NCBI GenBank assembly: GCA_011109175.1 | Contig: RDEW01000027.1 | Coordinates: 734,511 to 798,510, forward strand | DNA from: Dicyema japonicum | Lineage: Eukaryota; Animalia; Dicyemida | Reading direction: 5' to 3' | DNA: 64,000 bases | Part shown: one piece after another, positions 38,385-52,300 of the stretch | How positions within the stretch are numbered: position 1 is the first letter of the stretch | Layout: each line of letters starts with the position of its first letter | Position numbers and translations under genes: made by a program | Notes under the pieces: model-generated | Database searches by the model: none | The model's input: only the letters and a program-made list of their open reading frames with translations | Told to the model about the DNA's origin: nothing

Positions 38385-39522
38385 TCAGATGTAAAGCAAG
38401 ATTACGTAAAACAGCACTCGATAAACCAAATTCTTATCGACATCAGTAATCTAAAGTTTAAAGGACAATGAACATGAAGCAAATTAAGCTTCTCAATCAG
38501 TCTTCTTAGGATGATGGCCAAATCACAGAACTGCCCCATCTCGTTATCTTCCCTCACTTTTACTATAAACTCGACCATACTCGACCGAAGCTGCGAATAA
38601 GTGAATGTAAGACCTTGGGAGTAAGTCCAAATTCTCCAACTCCCAACATAAATCGGACAATCACACTCCCACATAAGTTGGGATCAGAACTCACGTGGGA
38701 TCCATTCTGATAAGACTCGTGCTTGCAGATCGCACACTTCCACTTTCTACGTCTTAGAAAAGAAATTACAAGTCAAAGTTAACCACGTGGGTCGGGTGAC
38801 AGTTTCGGTGGTAGAATCGTCGACATTGAGTGCATTGGAGAAGAGAAATATCTACTTCCCGGCAAATTACGCAGGTAAAATTGGCGGAGACGTCGTCCTC
38901 GGATTCCGGGGTTTCCAGTGTAAAGTCCATATCTTCGCATTCATTGAGTTTTATTTGGCCAAGGGAGACATCCAAAATGTCCACGTTAGGCTGAAATAAG
39001 GGAGATACAACTCACCTCGAAGGTTACCAAAGGAACTTTATCTTCTTTCGAAAATCCGCTGATTTCGTTGCTTGCGAGATGTTCGAGAATCTCCCGAAGA
39101 TTATGGAAGGTCTTTTCACAATTCTTAGTTCTGAGGACTTTAGCCAACTGGATTGATGAATTGAGGAGGTCGAATCGACGTGTCTTAATAAGAGTTACCA
39201 TACAAACTATTGCTTCAATAGGCTCTGTTAGAATGGAGGAAGTGAAGGAAAAAGTGTTGTCTACCTCAAGAAGTCGAGATGTTGAAAGGTCCACGTTTTC
39301 ATGGACTTTCTTGTTCCAACTGTTTATAGCCTAGAATTACAAATTGATGGTTAAACGTCAATGAGTTGTTTTCGCTGATCAGTCAATTTTCGTAGATTTA
39401 AATTTGTCCAATCCACGTGGGTGTGTAATTCTTGCTGGTTGACAGTGAGCTATATGACTATATCTTCAATTTACCTTAGAAATGATGTTTTCTATTACGG
39501 ATGGCGAATAAGAGAAGTCCAT
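38385..39522 (-). CDS. PHD-finger protein (about 340 aa)
   Basis: C4HC3 finger CVICRE..LLQCTQCRRFYHRNCH..WKCAIC; frames joined by 23-26-nt introns. Confidence 0.75.
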
Positions 39523-39689
39523 ATGTATTATATAATTAAACAATTTTATATTATTAAAAATAATCAAATTTAAATAATAATATTTTCAAAAGTTTGTTTG
39601 AGACCATATATTTTCTGGAGTCTATCAAATATAGATTTAAAGAGTGTAGATTGAAGAGAGCTGTACAGGATTCTCAACCCCGCCGGACT

Positions 39690-39775
39690 CGTCCTCTCCC
39701 TTGTCGTTCTGGGATCACTTAGTTGAGAACTTTTCTTTCTACTTGACCCAGTGATCCTTAGGGTAATAATAAAGA
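39690..39775 (+). mobile_element. LINE 3'-end relic (..CRSGIT*)
   Basis: Paralogous to 2885-2995. Confidence 0.55.
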
Positions 39776-40259
39776 GTGTAGATTATTAGATTTGGAAACG
39801 TCCATGGGACACCTAATTCCCACCTGAAAAGGACCTTTAAACACTCTCCTCCCAGGGACATTCTTATCCCCGGACTATGCGTTTCGCGGAAGATCGCATA
39901 TTCTCGGAGGAAATTAATAGAACTGATAGTAAAGAGTACGGCGCATGGGCGACCTTAAGAAGGGGGTTGAAAACCGAGGAAAACGTGGACTCTATGAGAT
40001 CACTGGATAACAATTGAGAAGTATGGAACAGACTGACATTTAATATTGTGTCCTTTGATGCACTAACCAAATACTCGTTCAAGTTACTCCGAATTTGGAT
40101 CCAACCTTCGTTTACCGGACATTTCTCTTTGATCTGGACTTTGTGTATTTGATGCTTCATGTTTCCACCATTTCTTCCATTCACGTGAGAAAAAGAATCC
40201 TTCATTAAACAATAAAGGAACAAACAGGAAATTTTTTATTTTTACTGATCAATGAAAAT

Positions 40260-41160
40260 CGTACATTTGAATTTTAAATATTTTGTGTGTCCACTATGTG
40301 CCGAATATACGTGCCAAAAGCGTTTTTCACTGAATTAATGAGTTTCTCTGTTAAACTTCGTGGGATTTCCTCCCAAACTCTTAAAACCTCCATCTTCAAG
40401 TCATTTATGGTCCCGTAATTGCTTTTGTACGTTACTCGTTTTACGTGACTCCACAAATTCTCGATGGGGTTTAAATCCGACGACTGAGCGGGCTACTTTA
40501 TTTGTTTAATTTGTTTTTCATTAAAAAACTCTTTTACGACCCTTGCTGTGTGGCTTGGTGCATTATCCTGCTGAATAACGTAGTCTCCTAGACCCATTTT
40601 TCAGAAGACTGAGGAAGATGATTTGTAAGAATGTTTATGTTTCTTGCAGCATTCATATTACCCTCAATGGCTAACTAATGGCCCACACCGTAATAAGGGA
40701 AACACTCCCCAGAACATGAATTTTTCTAAAATTGAAATTTCAGTAAGCTAACCTTTTCCAAACTTATGAGTTTGTGCGATGAATTCCGGCTTCAAAGAGT
40801 CTTTCGCATTTTTATAAACCATTGCGTTCTTTTTGTCGGTCTCAGTTCAAATGAACATTCGTCAGAAAAGATGTAAGTTTTCCATTCACTTGTAAAAAAA
40901 GTTTGACGATTTTCGTCTTTCCAGTATGTTTTTTCGACTCAAATAACATTTTTTGATTGCATTTCGACAAAATATTTTCTTTTTATTCAGAGTTCGGATT
41001 ACTGTATGCCTGGAAACTTGTGTTCCAGTGAAATTCTTGAGTTCCATAGATAACTTTAGCGACGAAAACGAAGGATTTTCACGTGAAATATTGCATAAAG
41101 TATTCATCTTCGATTCATTCAACTTTGGTTGACGCCCGAGAAATCCTTCCTTCATGATGA
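40260..41160 (-). mobile_element. Decayed Tc1/mariner transposase
   Basis: HTH region GRQPKL..VSRHTVIRTL, IFSDECSF, VIQQDNAPSHTA, and SDLNPIENLWSHVKR..DLKMEVLRVWEEIP. Confidence 0.85.
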
Positions 41161-41879
41161 GGGTCTGAAAAGTGTTCTTTCCTGGAAGTACTTTGCTACT
41201 TTCTCTATTTGAGAGCTAAAAAACATATTTACATATTAGTGATAATTTATATAGAGAAACCAGTCGACAAATAGCTTCAGCCAATGGTGTATCTTCAGAG
41301 GCCAGTTAGAGAAGACAAGAAGACCAGCCATCAAGCTTGTGTTAATAATGAGCTCAGTACTGAAGAAAACGTCCTGATAGAACTAATGAAAACGGTGATA
41401 CAAGACAAATGACCCACTAATTGGAGAGTCATTTTAAAGACTCTTAAGACTTCAAGATCTGTGAGATGGACATAGGTAAAGAGTTTAAGACGTGGTAATT
41501 TACTAATCTCCCGTACTTACCTCCATAATTATAATTCTAAACTAGCTAAATGTATTTATCAAATAAGGGTGAATGCTCTCATAATTGAAAAAGCATCTCC
41601 CATGAGATTTGCAAGAGAATTCGCTCAATAAACCAGCTCCTCTCTAGATAATCCATTTTCAATTCAGCAGGGCTAGTGAACTACTCCCAAAGATCCCCGA
41701 GGTTTAGACTGCGACCGGTTCAAAAATGAACTATCCTTCATTGAGTGATTTTGTCAATAATTTACCATGATGAATTTAACGCGGTAAATTTACCTAGAAT
41801 CGGGATTCCCATCATATTGCTGAAAAATCTGGGAGTATTAGGTATTAACAAGGCTATTGGAAGCTGAAACCTCGGAGTA

Positions 41880-42680
41880 CAGGAAGCTGAACAGTCTAGC
41901 CTCATGTTCAATGTAAATACGGAAATTCCTAGAAACCTTAAACTCTTACTAGCTAACGTTCTTAGTGGTTGGAGAGACGAGTTTGTTTTTGAGATTTAAG
42001 TTAAGCTCCACGACTTTTTTTCAAATCGCATCCTCGGGGATCATCCCTATCCTCTTTACTGCTCAGTCTATTCAAGAAACCAAAGTCCTGATAAATTATG
42101 CAGATGACATTATCCTGACCTCACGTAATCTGGGTATTCAGGTTACAACGACGCCTGATCCGTATTCACCTCCGACAGAAAACTAAGCAGACGGTGGAGC
42201 TATAGGCGGATAGTACCGAAATCCTAAACAACAGAAAATGCTGGGAGTCACTTTCGACATGTAAATGTGTTTTTCTCAACACGTCGAAGGTCCAACCTTC
42301 TGAAAAGCCTCTCAGGATTGTGGAGGACAAAAAACCACCCAGTACTGAATTGTTCATATAAGCAGTTCGTCGATCCATGCATCTGTGCTCCCTGAACCCA
42401 TTAATCTTTCAGACCAATTCCTAAAAGATCGCAGCCACATAGCGAAGGAATGGAACGATGGATTTCCGTGACTGTGTGTGTTCAATAGAGATCACCGTAC
42501 CAAGCTAAGGGCACTGTTGTAAAATGGTGAGATCACTTAGTTCTGGGTTGTTAACAACGGTCTTTGATTAATCAGCACATCCCGTGATCCTGACGCGTTC
42601 TAGTAGAGCCATCGTCCACGCACAGCGATTGGAAGGACATTGCCCGGGAAGCTAAGGTAGAAGTCAGAACTCGTTGCTTT
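41880..42680 (+). mobile_element. Jockey/I-like RT relic, tail-to-tail with a minus-strand 3' relic (42580-42680)
   Basis: Reads INYADDIILTS, LYKAVRRSM and ..GEIT*; the minus-strand piece reads LLERVRITG. Confidence 0.6.
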
Positions 42681-43430
42681 AGCCCCCTTTAAACGAATAG
42701 TTAGTTTAACTGTTCTTTACTCTAAAATAAATTGTATGTCATAAGCCCTTGAAAGTGCTTTTTAATCTTATTTTACTTAAATCTTAACGTCGACTCGCAT
42801 AAGTGGAGAAAAGCATACCCAAGTCGATATCTCTACCAAGTTAGTTAGCTAAATGTACAGCCTCACCACTACAAGATAGATATCAAAACTAAAGAATTCA
42901 ACGCTTAGAAATCAACGAAAGCTTGTCCATTACACTGAAACTAGTGAAAGCGAGAAACAACAGATAAATGCCCTCAGAAAAAAGTTCAGAGTCCTTTCTA
43001 AGAAAAAAATAAAATGAAAAGTCTGGTTTATGATAAATCTGTAGAGAATATCGATAAAAAACTCGAAGAGATCGTCATGGTTGAAAGAGACGTCCACCAT
43101 ATGCAATCCTATTGGATATACAAAACAGAAGAATGACAGCAAATTTTAACTAAACAATCCCTTGAAGCAAAGGATTTTGTAAAGATGGTTTTCTAATCTA
43201 CTTAGTAGAGGAAGTAGTTCAGCGGGTCAGCGGTCCTCTGACGTTGGAAGTTGCAAATGCAAAAGTGGTAGAATAGGCTGACTGAGAGTACAATAAAGAC
43301 AATATTATACAGGTGTCAACCATAAAACCAATGTTTTTCAAAACATCAATAAAGAAAACAAAGAACCACCACAACATTTATAAAAAAAAACATTTAAGAT
43401 AATTTAATAAAAAAACATATTTAATTATAG

Positions 43431-44420
43431 TCACCACCTCACCTTCTTACGTGCTCTTCCCGAGAATTTAGTATCAGGACGTACCTCACTACCAATAACC
43501 TCAATCAAAACATTCCACGTCTACGAAGACGCTCTTTCCTCATAAGAAGACGCTGTCTGTGACTTATTTTATCGACTCTTTTCCCAGCATTCAACCTCCT
43601 CCGTTGAAATAAAGCATGTTCTTGATCCTCGACTTCCTCTCTGGGCTTAGTGCAGAACCCACCTCCAGAGCAGAGAACGAGGTACTCCCTGAAATGACGG
43701 AGATAAGTACTTTCTCGCTTTCTTGCTATCAGGAAAGTCCACGACGAATCCCCCATTGAATCCAGCCTTCAGGGACTGTCTCGTGATAAGATCTCGCTTC
43801 AATCAGTTAAAAAACAACTTGATCATCAGACTCCGGATAGAATTGGAACACTGCCCGTCCTCCCGGGACCAACGAGTCATAAACGGTCGAAAAGAGCTTG
43901 TAGAGTCGTTGTGGAGCATGGTGTGATGAATTCTGGACGTAACACAGCCACTGGAGAGAAGAAACGCTAAAATAGTGAGTTTTGAACAACCTTATGCATC
44001 CATCGAAACAATTGCCCCTGAATGGCATTCCCACCCCCATATCTCCCAAAACGAGGTCACCATCAACTCGACCTTTCGAGACTTCTGAAAATTTTTACAA
44101 GTTCTGACCAAGCATATTTGGACTGATGTCGACTCCAACCCAGTCGTGGCCACATTCTTCAAGACATTCACCACTGAGACCAGAACCACAACCAATATCC
44201 AAAACAAGGCCATGGAAATCTTCTGGGAGTTCGAGGAGTTCAATTGCTCGAAGTGACATTTCTCTTTGAATTTGTATTATCCGAGAACTTGAAACAATTA
44301 TATGAGGTCTACTTTTGGGTGTACTTTCTTGCTTCCTCGTCATCGTAATACTAAATATGAATGAGGAGGTTTCACTTGTTCTGGAGGTCCAGTATTTTCT
44401 GGTCGACGTGGATTTGGCAT
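43431..44420 (-). CDS. BUD23: 18S rRNA (guanine-N7)-methyltransferase BUD23/WBSCR22
   Basis: Reads RRPENTGPPEQYYDDEEARKYTQNSR, LDIGCGSGLSG, GRAVFQFYPE, AGFNGGFVVDFP and RPDTKFSGR. Seven introns of 22-25 nt. Confidence 0.95.
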
Positions 44421-44435
44421 TGTCGCACGTGATTC

Positions 44436-44624
44436 CTAAAAAATATTTAAAAATATAAAATTAAATAAAATTTTATTTATAAAAATAATTATATCTAATT
44501 CACCAATGAGATTATTAAACATTTCCATTGGGCCTTCCTTTGCGGTTCCCACGACTGCTGCCAACTTGGTCGAAGATTGCTCCTCCTTTTCTTTGTTCCC
44601 CTTTTTCTTCTGTTCTGACGTCAT
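44436..44624 (-). CDS. Small ORF (62 aa, K/E-rich N-terminus) immediately upstream of BUD23
   Basis: ORF track only; CAG 14 nt upstream of the ATG; no recognisable homology. Confidence 0.25.
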   Translation of the reverse strand: MTSEQKKKGNKEKEEQSSTKLAAVVGTAKEGPMEMFNNLIGELDIIIFINKILFNFIFLNIF

Positions 44625-44699
44625 GTGATCCCCTTACGCTGTTTATAAATTTACCTGCGTGATGTTAGAAGGTTTCTGCTGCGTGGGAACTGGCTATCT

Positions 44700-45230
44700 G
44701 AGGTTATTGTTATAAAACGCACGGTCACAGAACCAAAGAATGTTATATTAACTATGGTGCCGTTTGTGCCACAATATTTAAGAAACTTGTTGATGGCCAC
44801 AATGAGAGTACCCTTGGCCTTCCTGTAATGGAAGTCTGTTCTCATTTTAGAAGTATTGTTCCATTACTATACTTGCATGGGAATCTATGTCCATACGCAG
44901 TACGTTCCCAGAGTCTCCACCTTCATTCAATGATTTCTCCATGTATATTATCCAGCAGCCCTGTTATTATTCAGTTTATTGATAGCCAAGTGAGTCTCAT
45001 CAATACTAACTGGTATAATTTCCTCGATGATTTCTCAAACGGATCCAGATTATTTCCGATGAGTTTTATATATGTGAGCAATCTTCTTAATCTCCAAACG
45101 ATACTTTTCACGAGTTTCGTGACAAAAAAAGCATTTAAAGCATGCAACCAAGAACGTAGGATCACTATATGTGGAGGTAATTGGTTAATCAATTAGGAAG
45201 TAATCTCCAACTCCGTTTTTCTCCATGTAT
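44700..45230 (-). mobile_element. Internally deleted RTE-like relic
   Basis: Reads ETHLAINKLNNNRAAG joined to RWRL..VLRMDIDSHASIVMEQYF. Confidence 0.6.
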
Positions 45231-45299
45231 TTTACGTCTTGGGGATGTTCGAGTGGCAAATTAAAAATAAAATAATCGAATAAACTGCAAATTATTCAA

Positions 45300-45950
45300 G
45301 TGATTCCAGATATATTTCTCACCCTTCTTGTATGACTCCCTAGACAGAGTTCTCTAAGTGGACACTAACCGAATTTCGCGTTCCAGTCACCACATAAAAA
45401 TGTCAAGAAAGATGATTTGAGACTAGAGATAGCGTCAGTTAATGACATGTAGAATGAGTCCAATTGGTCATGGTTTTTTAGAGACCCTAGCCATAGTAAG
45501 AGCGCACACATTAAGAATAGAAATAAGGGATCCATCGGCCTTCCCGGTCTTTATCTGGAGTCAGCTATCCCGTCATTAACTCCCCATACTCTTTAGGTTG
45601 TCTTATCAAGACATTTGTGGATAGCAAAATCAAGCCAGTAGTGTTTTCATTCAGAGTTTGGGAGTAAAAGACTAAATTCTCCATAGTTCTCCTGGACTCC
45701 CTCTTTTACTTTATTCTCTTGGATACTTTATATGCTAATCGTGTAAGCTGTTAGGTCTCTGCTCAAGTCTTCCCATTTCCACCTCTCTTTAGGGCATCGA
45801 ACATTGACGTTAATGTGAAGAGTTTACTGAAATCCTTAAAAAGAGCATTTTTTATTTTAGAACTACGTCACCAGTCCAACCAAAGTATCCCGTGTTAATA
45901 AATTTAAATTTTAAAAACCGGTAGAAAACAGCGAATGGGAACTTGAATAC
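45300..45950 (-). mobile_element. Possible LINE AP-endonuclease relic
   Basis: GRWI..SILNVCA-like motif; heavily decayed. Confidence 0.3.
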
Positions 45951-46323
45951 CACCAGTCTTTCATTATCGAGGGTGAGGTAACTAATAATCTAATTAATAA
46001 TTATCTTGTTCCGCTTCAGAGGGGAGGGGCAGTGATAGGTTCCTCTAAGTTATTCTGTAACGTTGGTATATCCCACACTCATTTTTTCCAGAATTTCGTT
46101 TATCCTGTCTCACGAGTCAATACTTTGGTAATACACTAATAAACAGAAATTCATGGAGATTAAAACAGTTAATGCACTAGAACTACCTCACCTGCTAAAC
46201 CTTCATCAAATTAACCTTCAGTTTGTGGTATTTTTGATTCAAAAAATTGCCCGAATAATAGCTGGAAAATTATTTTAAAGTGAAATATTAATATATTATT
46301 GGTTAATGTTATTTGTTATTCTA

Positions 46324-49300
46324 TTAATCGTCCAATTGACAAATGGCAGCTACACTTCTTGTAACCCAATGATTGACATTTCCTTCAGAAATTGGAATTT
46401 CTAGGAATCTCACAAAATTTGTAGAATGTCCAGTAGTAGAGAGAACTCCCCTTCGACTGGTAGTCCTGTATATTGGACAGGAGTATCGATTCTTCCCAAT
46501 CTGCTCACTTTGCACAGGCTTAAGCCAAATCTATCATCTTTAATATCAGATTCATACCACTGGTAGCATTTCGTATAGTATACGTGGCCGAGACTCCGCT
46601 AACGTCATCTTCGAACTGTCCCATCGTGCTCCTTCAATGTACAAACCCTAAAATAAACATTTGGAGTCACATTGATTTTAGCCCCATCTTCTGGCTTGGT
46701 TGAAATGGCCTCGTCGTCCTCGGACATAAATTCGAAATCATATTTTATCTTGTCAATTGATATTTTGTACTTCCTCGCATAGTTTTGGGAGATACCTAAA
46801 ATAAGTTTAATTATAACCGGTAAAAAAGGATTGTGTGAAGTAAAATCCCGAAATCCAAAACACTGAAGGAGGTCCCTCGTCAATCCATTTCTCAAAAAAG
46901 TGTAATCTACTCGTATTAGCTTCAAAAATGCCTTTCTAGTAAATCGTTGATATAACTTCCCAAAGGTTTCAAAGAAGGGTACGACCTAGCCAGCCAAGAA
47001 GAGGGAACTTTACCCAGGGACAAAGCGCCGAAAATGTTTTCCAATTCTTCTGACATTACGACCAATCCTTTTATTGCTTTGCATAAATTCTTCAGAGACT
47101 GAGAAATAGTGGTAGTCAGTCTGTTATACCGAATTAGCTCCTGTCGCAGAACAGTGTTCATTGACTCGTTGTATAGAACTGGGTAGGTCAGGGCAACCTA
47201 AAGGTCTGACAAGAGAGTACTCGGGCAAGATTAAATTCTGCGGGTAGTTTGTTTAGAATGTCAACGGCTAATTCGTTCACGATTTCTCCAGCCGACCGTT
47301 TGCTGTCCATGGCCTCGCCTGGTTGCGTGGAAAGCAAAGTATTCAAAAGCTAGAGTAACAAAAATCCAAAACGTTTCGGCTTTCGCGGTAGTCCTTAGAA
47401 ATATCCGCGTTTCCGTGTAAACTGAATACTTCGGGGAGACAGTTTATGGGAAGGGACTTTATGTAGCTGATATAATTATCGTAATCTCCCACAGCCAATG
47501 TGTGGTATGTCTCACAAACAGTAAAACTATGCTTCAATAAACGGCAAACTTGTATTTATCAGCTTCAATCAGTTTGTAGTTGTAGAAATTGTTCAATAAG
47601 GCGAGCAAAAGTCTCCTGTCCTTGTCGTCTGTAACTCTTCCCCCGTAGTTACATTCTCCCGTGAGGTAGCGCAGAGCATCCAAGGGGACGGTATCATAGT
47701 CACTAATCATCATCTAAAATAATTAATCAGTTCATACTCGGAGCTGCCGCAGACTTATTAAGAGATCAGAGTCGTTAAATTCGTAGGGAATATTCCACCC
47801 GAGTGAGTCAAACTGTCTCCTCTCCTGAACAACAGCGTGGAAGAAACACAGTCCGAACAAAAGCCGGTGGAATGTTTCAGGCTAAAATAAAAAAATCAAT
47901 ATACTTTATTGCAATCACAGTAAAATGATGTGTCGTTGAGAGGATCAGTCAGATATGACCGGAGAAGATTAGATCGGAGTCCTTTGGGGGGCTCATTCGT
48001 TATTTTTATCCCATTTTGTAAGATTGTAACAGGAAACTGTTCAGATGGGTAGCTTGTGAGCCAGAGACGGAAATTTTTATCCGTGTTTTCTGGAGTGATC
48101 ACCTTTTATGAGTCAGTAAGGTTACTTCCTGGCAGATTTGATCCAAACTCGACATCCAACTTGCAGCCAAGTGACAGTTTTGCAGGATAACCCAATGTCC
48201 CTGCTTTATGGCCTCATTGATCATTTTAGCAGCAATAACTCCCTAGAATAGACAGATCATCCCATACCTGGCCTTGTCCGAGTGAAATGCTGTGAATATT
48301 GGTAGACTGGAAGTAACCAATTTCATTCCCGAACTTTAGTAGCGAGTTTAAAGGATCTGCTCCGGGAGACAGAATGAATATCAAGGGGGTGATAGCACTG
48401 GAATCATTAAAAATCGATTTCAAATCAAAAGTCCCCGTATCAATGAATTTATGTCCGAGATTATTGATTATAAAGTTTTGGATAGCTGGGATCAGTTTAT
48501 CTGCACGAAGACATCGAAGGGCCACCAAAAATTCTAATCCTGAGTATTCAGCATATGGGGGTGGGAGTTTACTTATGTGAGGTTCTTTGAGTTGGTAAAA
48601 TTCCTTCCATTTGTCGGGATCTTCTCTAATGTCTAAAAATAAAAAATTCTGACACAATTCGCAAATCCTTTGAACGATTCCAAATTTCCAGCTCTGACGA
48701 TTTCCCCCCATGATTTATCAGAGAGCCAATCCTTTGCAGGATTGACTTCCAAAGTGTCCAAAGCAACCCCGCCAGTAAGAAAGAATCGCCATAGACTGTC
48801 GTTTATTTTTTTTCTAAGATAACCATTAGGCATTACTCTCCTCTCAGAATTCCCACACACAGCATGAAGGAAAACAGTAACTTGTCTTTCTCAAACAAAG
48901 AACGGCAAATGTTTTTGTAGATCGACTCAGTGAAATGGGAGTTGATCATACTTATTCGTTCATCAACAACGTCGGACTTTTCACTAGTTTCAATAGCCTT
49001 GGAATAAATGAGATAAAATACGTGAATATAAAAGTTTATGAACCAATGGAGTGAGTATTGATACATTGGATCCACTTGGGACAAGTCAGAAATGCAAAAA
49101 AAGAGGACAGCAGAATGTTTAGAGACCGGGACGTAAAGGTTCCGAGTTTGATCAATCTCTTCTTCCGTTTTTGTTGCAATATCTTGTTTTGCTGCGATTT
49201 CCTCAGCCAATATTTTGGAAGACGAAAGAATTTTTATGGCAGTCTCATCTTCGAGAATATTTGACTAAAATAACCAAGATTAGAACCTTCGAAGCGGTGA

Positions 49301-52300
49301 GAACCTTCAAGATTTTGTCCTCGATTTCTTTCAGTTGTTTTTTGTTTTCGGCACTTTCAATTATCAAATTATTTTTCTTTTCTTCAAGTTCTGGCTTTTC
49401 CTTAGCGGCAACGATTCCCAGCAACTGATCTTCAAGTCCTTGTTCCGTGATCATAAAGTTTAGGAGACAAACCTTGAGTCAGAATCAAATAACAAACTTT
49501 GACAGAGACTTCTGGCAGATAATGAGGATTTCTGAGTTTGGTAGTTATGTATAAACGAAATTCTTGGTTATACTCAATTGACTTGTCGGCCAGTTTGATG
49601 TAATCAACGCCTTGTTGGCGGTAGACTTGTTTCATCAAAACTGGGTCAAGAAGCGGATCAAGTTCCTCTCCAACGTTCTCGATTAAAATCGGTCTTCCAA
49701 ACTGGATACAATTTTCCATAATTTGAAGGTATTTCTTATCGTTTAGTTTTACCACTTTAAGGCCGTTCTCCTTCTCCAAGTTTTTTATCCACTTATTTGC
49801 CTGTCCTACAAATATATTAGCGTCCTACCCTGAGGATCTATTATGAGTGGCCATCGAAGGGAGTTCTTCATAATAATTCCGTTGTCTGTGCTGAAACTAT
49901 CAACGGGGAGTCCATAGATCTGCCATTTTCTAATCACAACAGCATCCCCAAAACATTGGTCATTGAAAAAGTCGGTGAACATGGAATTTTGTTTTCAAGA
50001 CACAAATTGTGCCATTTATCGATAACATCCTAGTAAATATATATTAAAGCGTCTACACGTCGATACAAAGTAGAAAATGCTCCTAAATAGGAGATTACCC
50101 CAGATGAAACTAGGACATCTCCAGGGACGTTGTTATACAGAATCTTCAAGGTCTCTACCATTTCTTGCCACCGATCCTTCTCCCCTCCTAAGCCACCGAT
50201 TAAAATGCTCGCTCTTGAAAGCTTCTTTGAGCACAAGTCAATGTTTTCTACTAGATTCTCCTTTTTGGTGTTCATCTCATCGAGTTGGTCGTTTAGCTTC
50301 TGCAATTTATCCTCAACCTAAGAAAATGTTCTGCACACAAAAGGAACTGTTTTAAGCTGAGCTTCTTTTTCTTGGAGTGTTTTCATCTGAACTTGTAGTT
50401 TTGCTTCTGCAATCGCCAATTTTTCCTTTTTTGGTGCCACTACTTTAGCGACTCTGTCATACGAATCCATGGCTCTGACCCACGCGCATAATCCTTCACA
50501 AGCAGTCGAAGCTTGTTTGACAATGCTGGGTACGAATTGTGGATCAGGAATGTATTTTTCTCGTATTTTTCTCATAATGTTTGGATTTATGTCGTCTTTA
50601 TCGAAAGATTTCAGGCGTTCGATAAATTTCATGTCATTTAAAATTTTCTGTGAGCTGCTCCAGTAATCCTCGATCATCCTTCCACTTCCACTTGGATCGG
50701 GCTTTCGTTCAGGTTTTGTGTTTAACATCACACAGATTGCCTCCATGACAAGTTTTATTATAGCCGATGGATTCTATGACTTCAAAGTACAGAAAACCTT
50801 CATTGATTTCACATTTGTAATATCTGAAGGTTTAAGAGTGTCAAGAGCATTTAAAGCCGCCTCGAGTTGAGGGATTGCCTCTGCCAGGTCAGCCTCGCAT
50901 TCATCTTTAATTTCCTTTGAGGCCATCGCAGCCTCATTGGCAATCGCCTTGTCTGAGGCAACGACCTACTAATCAAGACAAAAACTGAACCTGTCTCTTC
51001 GCATCGACTTCAATGGTGTCTTCCTCAATTCTGGTTATGAGAATCTCGGTTTCCTTGGATGTTTCAATGAGCTGTGGTTGCATTTCTGTCAATTCCTGTT
51101 GCATTTGGACAACCTGGCAGTCATCATAAATATTACTTGCAACGAAGCGTCATTTAGTTTCTCTAGACCGGTCGAGTAACGATTTTTCAATTTTTGGATG
51201 TCATTTCTCTTCAATTTAATCAACGATTTGAACGTGGAGACAAGTTCCAAGTACGATGTAGGAGTCACATAATAATGTCGCTTCATTTCGTTCAAGAACC
51301 TCAGATGAGACATAACAAATACCTTAGTGCAATATCTTTAGTGTCCTTGTGAAACTGCTTGCAGGCAGTTACAATAGCCATCCTATAGCTTTCATCCAAA
51401 CTAATATCCTCGAAAAACTTGTTGGCGACCATTTCTAAGGCATCGTCTGGCCAGGTCTAGAAAAATGAAAAATAATTCTCCACCTGAAACCAGTCGATAG
51501 TGCAGCAATTTATAAGTGATGGAAACATTCTCAGTCGATTTCTAAAAGATCCTCCAATTGGACTCATTGCCAAAATTATGTGGAGATTTTTTCGAACCCG
51601 TTCTATAAAGAAGTTGTAAAGCATCAATGGCGTGGTTTCTGTTTTACGATTCTGGGATCAACAGAATAAATATGCCTCTAGTCTAAGTATCCCTTGCATT
51701 TTTTCAAGAATCTCAGCCTTTTCGTCCGTTTGATACAAATTTGGAAGGTCTCCAGAGTTCAAAATCATTCCAATGTCTTCCATGAAACTTTCCTCCTTGA
51801 TTTCGATATCGCTGAACAGAAAACTATAGGCTTCCCTTCAACACCAGCTTTTAGCAATAACTTTGAAATAAATGGAAAAAATACTCTCTTCATGTCCTCC
51901 CGCCAATCCAAGGCTGTATAGGAACGAGTCATCTCTATTTGAAAAATGGTATAATCGGCAATGTATGTGGCCATTTTTGCCGCAGATTTTCGTCCACTTC
52001 CACCGACTCCTTACTGTGAACAAAAAAAAGTTACCAACGAGTAGGCAATGTCCGTTATCGAGTTTTAGTATCCTTAGAACACGAGAGATGTGCTCGATCG
52101 CAAATTTGAACATTACTAGGTTCATAGGAGCCTTGCTTAATTGATTGTACTCCGATAAATGACTAGGAGTAAAATAATTGTTGATACTTTTCCATTATTT
52201 TCGTGAGGTCGTTCAACTCGAAGACTTCATCATAGGCATTCTCTTCATCCGTTTTGGTAAAATCCCCAAAAATTAAGTTTCTTATATGTTGATCCTTTAT

